Shown: in pieces, positions 57,951 to 64,000 of the stretch
How positions within the stretch are numbered: the stretch's first letter is position 1
How the letters are laid out: each line of letters opens with the position of its first letter
Assembly (NCBI RefSeq): GCF_963921235.1
Contig: NC_086097.1
Coordinates: 103,728,001-103,792,000, forward strand
Direction: 5' to 3'
From: Mobula hypostoma
Taxonomy: Eukaryota
Length of the DNA: 64,000 nt
Translations under genes and position numbers: made by a program
The notes under the pieces: model-generated
Databases searched by the model: none
Told to the model about the DNA's origin: nothing
The model's input: only the letters and a program-made list of their open reading frames with translations

Positions 57951-60900
57951 CAAGTCCAAAGTAAATTTATTATCAAAACACATATCACCATATACAACCC
58001 TGAGATTTGTTTTCTTATGGGCAGACACAGTAAGTCCAAGAAACTCAATAGAGTGAATGAAAGACCCCACCAAATAGGATGGGCAAACAACCAATGTACA
58101 AAGGACAACCAGCTGTGCAAAAAAGAAAAAAAAATAGTAAAAATAATTTTAAAATAAGCAATAAATTTTGAGAACATGAGATGATGAGCCCTTAAAAATG
58201 AGTCCATAAGTCGTGGGAACAGTTCAGTGATGGGGTGAGTGAAGTACTGTAATCCACTCTGGTCCAAGTGCCTGATGGTTGAGTTGTAATAATGGTTCCT
58301 GAACTTGATGGTATGGATCCTGAGGCTTCTGCACCTTCTTCCTGATGGCAGCAGTGAGAAGAGAGCATGGCCTGAGCAGTAGGGGTCCTTGATGATGATG
58401 ATGCTTCTTAGCTGCAACAGCACTTCATGTAGATGTGCTCAATGGTGGAAAGGGCTTTACGCATGATGGACTGGAGTGTATCCACTACTTTTTAATATGA
58501 TTTTCCATTCAAGGGCATTGGTGTTCCCATACCAGGCTGTGATGCAACCAGTCAATAAACTTGCCACCACATATCCAGAGATGTTTTTCTGCATTTTAGA
58601 TTACATGCCCAATCTTCACAAATTTCAAAGGAAGTAAGGGCACTGCTGTGCTTTCTTCATAATTATAGGCCAGGACAAATCCTTTCAGATGATAACATTG
58701 AGTTTAAAGTTGCTGACCCTCTGCACCTCTGATTCCCCGACAAGGACTGGCTCATGGATCTCTGATTTCCTTTACCTAAAGTCAATAATCAGCTCCCTGG
58801 TGTAGCTGATATTGAGTGAGAAGTTGATGTTATGGCACCACTGAGCCTGATTTTCAATCTCCCACCTTTATGCTGATTTGTCACCTCCTTTGATTCGACC
58901 ACGACAATGGTGTCATCAGCAAACACTGTAAATATAGCACTGGAGATGTGCTAAGCCTCACAGTCATAAGTATAAAGTGAATAGAGCAGGGGGCTAAGCA
59001 CATTGTGGTGATTGTGGAGATGTTACCAGTCCGAACTGCCTAAAGTCTACAAGTGAGGAAATTGAGGATTTAATTGCACGATGAGGTATGGAGACCAAAG
59101 TCTTGAAGCTTATTGATTAGTTATGAGGGGATGATAGTATTGAATGCTGATCTGTAGTTGATAAAGAGCATCCTGATGTATGCATGTTTGCTGTCCAGAT
59201 GTTCTAGAATTGAGTAAAGAGCCAATGAAATTGCACGTGCTGTGGACATGTAGTGCCAATAGGCTAATTGGAGTGGATTCAAGCCTCTTCTCAGGCAGAA
59301 GTTAACCTCTTAAAATATTTCATCACTGTGGATGTAAGTGTTACTGGATGATAGTCATTAAGACAGATTACCACTCTCTTCTGAAGCACCTTCTTAACTG
59401 AAGTCTGCTTGAAGCTGTTGGGTACGTGAGACTGCTAAAGCATAAGGTTAAAAGAGCTGTGAACACTCCAGCCAGTTGATCAGCACAGGTCTTAAGCAGT
59501 CAGCCAGGTGTCCCACCTGGGCCAGATGCTTTCTGTGGGTTCAGCCTCCTGAAGTACACTCTCATATCAGTCTCAGAGACTGAAATCACAGGGTCGTCGG
59601 GAGCTGTGGGAGTTCATGAAAGTTCCTCCACATTTTGACTGTCAAAGCAAACATGGAAGACATTGAGCTCACCTGAGAGAGGAGCCTTATTGTCACCAAT
59701 GCCTCTTGTTTTCACTTTGTAAGAGGTAATAACATTCAAGCTCTACCACAGCTGTTGAGCATCCCCCAGTGACTCAAGATTGGTCTGGAATTGCCACTTT
59801 GCACATGAAATGGCTCTCTGGAGAATGTACCTGGACTTCATATCTTTCTTGGTTGCCAGCCTGAATGCCACCGATCTGGCCTCCTACAGTTTATCCAGGG
59901 CTTCTGATTGGGGAAGACTGAAAGATTTTGTGGGGACACATTCATCCACAACTGTTTTGATAAAGTCTGACAGCCATGGTATTCTCATTCAGATCCTCTG
60001 ATGCATCTTTGAACACAGCCCAGTCCACAAACATGAAACAATCCTGTTGCTGCTCCTCTGCCTCCTGCAATACCTTTCAGTTGTCCTCACCTCTGGAGCC
60101 TTCTTCTTTAGCCTGTCTGTATGCAGGCAGAAGGATAGTCAAGTGATCAGATTTCCCAAAATACAGTCTAGGCAAGTAACGGTAAGCATTCCTAATCTCA
60201 GTATAGCAGTGGTCAAGTAGGACACCTGGTTCTACAGGTTATATGCTGATGATAATTGGCCGAAGATTTCTTAAAATAAGCATGAATAAAATCCCTGACT
60301 ATGATTGCTAGATAGATACTTTATTGGTCCCCAAGGAAATTACAGTGTCACAGTAGCATTACAAGTTCACAGATATACAATTATTAGAAGAGAAATAAGA
60401 AAGAATAAAAACCACAGTCTAACAGGAGGGGGTCATCACTTCCTTGGCAAAAGGTTGACTCATTTTAGAGCCTAATGGCCGAGGGTAAGAATGACCTCAT
60501 ATAGCGCTCTTTGGAGCAGCACAATTGTCTTAGTCTATTATTAAAAGTGCTCCTCTGTTTAGCCAAGGTGGCATGCAGAGGGCGAGAAACATTGCCTAGA
60601 ATTGCCAGGATTTTCCGTCAGGTCCTTTGTTCTACCAAAGCCTCTAGTGTGTCCAGTCTGACTCCTATAACAGAGCCAGCCTTTCTAATCAGTCCATTGA
60701 ACCTGTTGGCATCACTCGTGTTGATGCCATTGCCCCAGCACACCACCGCATAGAAGATTGTACTGGCAACAACAGACTGGTAGAATATGTGAAGGAGAGG
60801 CCTGCATACTCCAAAGGACCTCAGTTTCCTGAGGAAATAGAGGTGACTCTGGCCCTTTTTGTACACTGCCTCTGTGTTGGTCCTCCACTCAAGTCTGTCA

Positions 60901-61500
60901 TCCAGGTGCACCCCCAGGTACCTATAGGTCCTCACCACATCCATGTTCTCACCATTAATTGTTACAGGGAGAAATGCAGGATTTGTCTTCCTAAAGTTTA
61001 TCGCCATCTCCATTGCCTTACTGATGTTGAGCTGTAGATGAGTCAGTTTGCACCATTTGACAAAGTACTCCACATTTGAAGTGTGTTGGGGTGGTCAGTT
61101 TGGTGATGGCGGCATTCAATATCTTGAGTGCCTAGTCAATGTTTGCTTTTGGTGGTATGTAAACTACGGTCAGGATCACAGAGAACTCTCTTGGTAAGTG
61201 GAATGGTTGGAACTTAATTGTTCGATGTTCCAAGACCACTGCCTCCGAGCACCAGAGAGTTTATCATGAAACAAAGACACCCACATTTTGTGTTCTCCGA
61301 ATCAGCAGTTTGGTCCATCCTGCTCATTGACAAGCCCTTAGGTCTGATCACTGAATCCAGCATGCTTGGAGTGAGTCATGTCCCTATGAAACACAGAATG
61401 CAGCAATTCCTTATTTCCCTCTGAGTTTTGTTTTCCAGCTAACAAAATGCTTGGTAGAAGGAGTTTCAGTCCTCAATGTCTTAGACTGGCCTGGAGCCTT
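57950..61500 (-). mobile_element. Long decayed Rex1/Babar LINE with a nested Rex1-type copy at ~60305-61075
   Basis: HALFSLLPSGRR (ORF 57950-58423); nested copy ORF 60618-61073 (YLGVHLDDRLEW..KKGQSHLYFLRKLRSFG). Confidence 0.75.
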
Positions 61501-61799
61501 CCTCTCCTCCCCTTCTTCCAGCAATGGCGATGTACCTTCAATCCATTTATAAAGGACCTGCATGCTTGAGAGTTAAACCTGGCGAGTCCTTCAGAAGATC
61601 GTGTAATTGCTAGTTCATTAAGATAGTTCAAAAGTACAGTGCTTAAAGGGAAATTGCAGATTGCAGTGAGTGAAATTCAGAAGAGGCACCTTTAGGAGTT
61701 TTATAAGCAGCCTGTTAAGAGTGAGCTGAAACAACCAATCCCAGACTGTCCTTCACTAATTGATCACTGTTCCAATCAACATCTTGAATATTGGATGGG

Positions 61800-62365
61800 T
61801 AAACCATTGAAATAGTTGCGCTTTGGGATGTACAGTTGAGTTTTGAGTTTGAAATTTGTAGTTGCATGGTTTTACTGAATAAAGGAATATTCTGAGTTCC
61901 AGCTTTGACCTATCTCCTAGCTTTGGGTCTCATCAGCAGTTATAGGTAAACGAACATGGCTTGGCGACAAGGTGCTGTATTATATCGACATGGCAATTTC
62001 AGCAGAAAACTTCTGTGCAATTCTACAACAGCAGTAAGCTCAATTTGAGGTGCTCCAGCTGAAGTTAGTTGTAACCTTGACCAGTAGGTTATCAGCGAGT
62101 CCAAGATGTCAGTGTCAAACAGTGAACAGAACTCAAGCGAATCAGTTGATGCATCTAATACCGATTTCCACTTTGATGTTGCTTCAAGAGTTACATTTGA
62201 ATCATGGTTTAAACGTTATGAAGATATATCCCAGGTCAAGTTCACCAGTAAAGGAAGACATGCTTTGCTCCGAAAATTGGGTACTGCTAAACATGATCAT
62301 TATTTCAACTTCATTCTGCTTAAGAACCCACATGACCTATCGTTTGACGAAACTGTCTTGACAGT
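61800..62365 (+). mobile_element. Gypsy (Mag-like) LTR retrotransposon remnant: LTR end, PBS-like motif, gag start
   Basis: PBS-like TGGCGACAAGG at 61962-61972; ATG at 61990 (MAISAENFCAILQQQ*AQFE); TFESWFKRYEDI..LLRKLGT..YFNFIL..DLSFDETV in ORF 62106-62486. Confidence 0.65.
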
Positions 62366-62596
62366 TGGACTGCACCTAGTGAGTGGGATTTCGAGAAGAA
62401 GCAATAATTTCATTCAGCTTCGTGGTTGGTTTAAAAAAGACAGCACTTTGCGCAGTTTTTGGAGTTGGATCGCACCCAATCAGTGAACAGGATTCATTAG
62501 AAAGGATACATAAAAGTAAGACAGGCAAGCAGAGCAGCCATTGTGAGAGTGGGCCAATGTTGGAATGCTTTCAGGAGATCAGGTTTAGGTGAGGTA

Positions 62597-63713
62597 CAAT
62601 GGTACTAGAAAGTTTGTGAACCCTGTAGAATTTTCTTTATTTCTGCATAAATATGATCTAAAGTGTGATCAGATCTTCATGCAAGTCCTAAAACTAGATA
62701 AAGAGAACCCAGTTAAATAACACACTAACATCATACTTGTTCATTTATTTATTTGAGAAAAATGATCCAACATTAAAAGTATTTGTTGGGAAAAGTATGT
62801 GAACTTTTGCTTTCAGTAACTGGTATGACTCCCTTGTACAGCAATAACTTCAACCAAACGTTTCCAGTAACTGTTGATCAGTCCTGCACATCTGCTTAGA
62901 GGAATTTTAGGCTATTGTTCCTTGCAAAACTGCCTCAACTCTGAGATGCTGGTGGGCTTCCTTCCATGAACTCCTTGCTTCAGGTCCTTCCACAACATTT
63001 CTATAGTATTAAGGTCAGGACTCTGACTCCAGCCATTCTAAAACACATTTTCCTGTAAAATGTCTTGATACAATTTTCAATTCATTGTCCTCTCAACGAT
63101 TGCAAGCTGTCCAGACACTGAGGCAGCAAAGTAGCCCCAAACCACGATGCTCCTTCCACCATGCTTCATAGTTGGGATGAGGTTTTGATATTGGTGAGTA
63201 TATATCGTGGACACATGAACAGAGACTTTAGCAAGTTCTAGAGATTTCTGCAGGCCTTTTGCTATTACCCTTGAGTTCTTTTTCACCTCCTTCACCATTG
63301 TACTCTTAGTGTGATTTTTGCAGGATGCCCACTCTTTGGAGAATAGCAACATTACTGAGTTTCCTCCATTTGTAGACAATATCTCTTACTGTGGACTGAT
63401 GAACACTCAGATTTTTAGAAATGCTTTTGTAGCCTTTTCCACCTTCATGCATCTCTACAATTCTTCTTCTAAGGTCCTGCTATTTTTGTAGAAGGCATTA
63501 CCCCAGAGGTTCATGTACTACTTCCAACAAATACATGCAATATTGAATCATTTTTCCTCAATAAATGAACAAATATAATTTCGTGTTATGTTTTTAATTG
63601 TGTTCTCTTTATCTAGTTTTAGGACTTACGTGAAGATCTGATCACACTTTACGTCATACTTGTGTAGAAATAGAGAAAATTCTACAGGGTTCACAAACTT
63701 TCTAGCACCACTG
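62597..63713 (-). mobile_element. Tc1-family transposon with long (~200 bp) TIRs and an internally deleted transposase
   Basis: TA-CAATGGTACTAGAAAGTTTGTGAACCC ... GGGTTCACAAACTTTCTAGCACCACTG-TA; minus ORF 63077-63379 contains LIPTMKHGGRSIVVWGYF. Confidence 0.9.
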
Positions 63714-63715
63714 TA

Positions 63716-64000
63716 AATAGCTGGCACATTTCTTCTTCTTTATTCCTTGTCTGTTACGGTGCAGTTAGTGCAGTGAGAATGGCTCTTGGAGTTTTGTTCT
63801 GTATGAGATGCTGGGATTCTGGGAGACCTCCAGGTGCATCAAGCTTCAGCTCCTCAGAGAACATGTTAAGGAACTGGTGCTGCAGCTTGATGATCTTTGG
63901 CTCATATGGGAGACCGAGAAAGTGATAGCTAGGAGCTCAGGTGAAGTAGTCACCCAGAAGTTTCAGGAGACAGGTAACTGGGTGACTATCAGGAAAAGGA
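63716..64000 (+). mobile_element. Decayed CR1 5'/ORF1 region, host of the Tc1 insertion
   Basis: Similar to 31940-32180 (gaactggtgctgcagcttgatgatct, ggtaactgggtgactatcagg). Confidence 0.6.

Noticed and set aside
1..64000. Prokaryotic-style system (CRISPR array, operon, defence island)
   Set aside because: No regularly spaced repeats or gene-dense structure; the recurring ~100-bp units are dispersed TSD-flanked retroelement ends.

Overview
Eukaryotic, repeat-saturated genomic DNA, most likely intronic or intergenic sequence from a cartilaginous fish (inferred from the CR1-dominated landscape and an HE1-like V-SINE). I could not identify any host protein-coding gene, rRNA, tRNA gene or CRISPR array; most ORF-track entries are transposon fragments or antisense shadows. 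The window holds many CR1 LINE copies, including a near full-length one at ~31650-35856 (esterase ORF1, APE-RT ORF2), many Rex1/Babar LINE fragments, one L1/Tx1 fragment, three Tc1-type elements, two tRNA-derived SINEs, a Gmr1-like Gypsy element (16504-~20185) with an open SCAN-like Gag-protease ORF and a collapsed pol, a Mag-like Gypsy gag remnant, and seven TSD-bounded Penelope-derived insertions. Best leads: (1) the Penelope-derived insertions carry minimal hammerhead ribozyme motifs, and six of seven have an inverted arm that makes a fold-back hairpin; (2) a U_UUA_AAC -1 slippery site sits in the right frame at the CR1 ORF1/ORF2 junction, where ORF2 has no upstream AUG; (3) the Gmr1-like element looks like a recently mobilised non-autonomous lineage with an LTR-gag in-frame fusion. 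Boundaries of old fragments are approximate, and all family assignments come from motif recognition rather than database searches.
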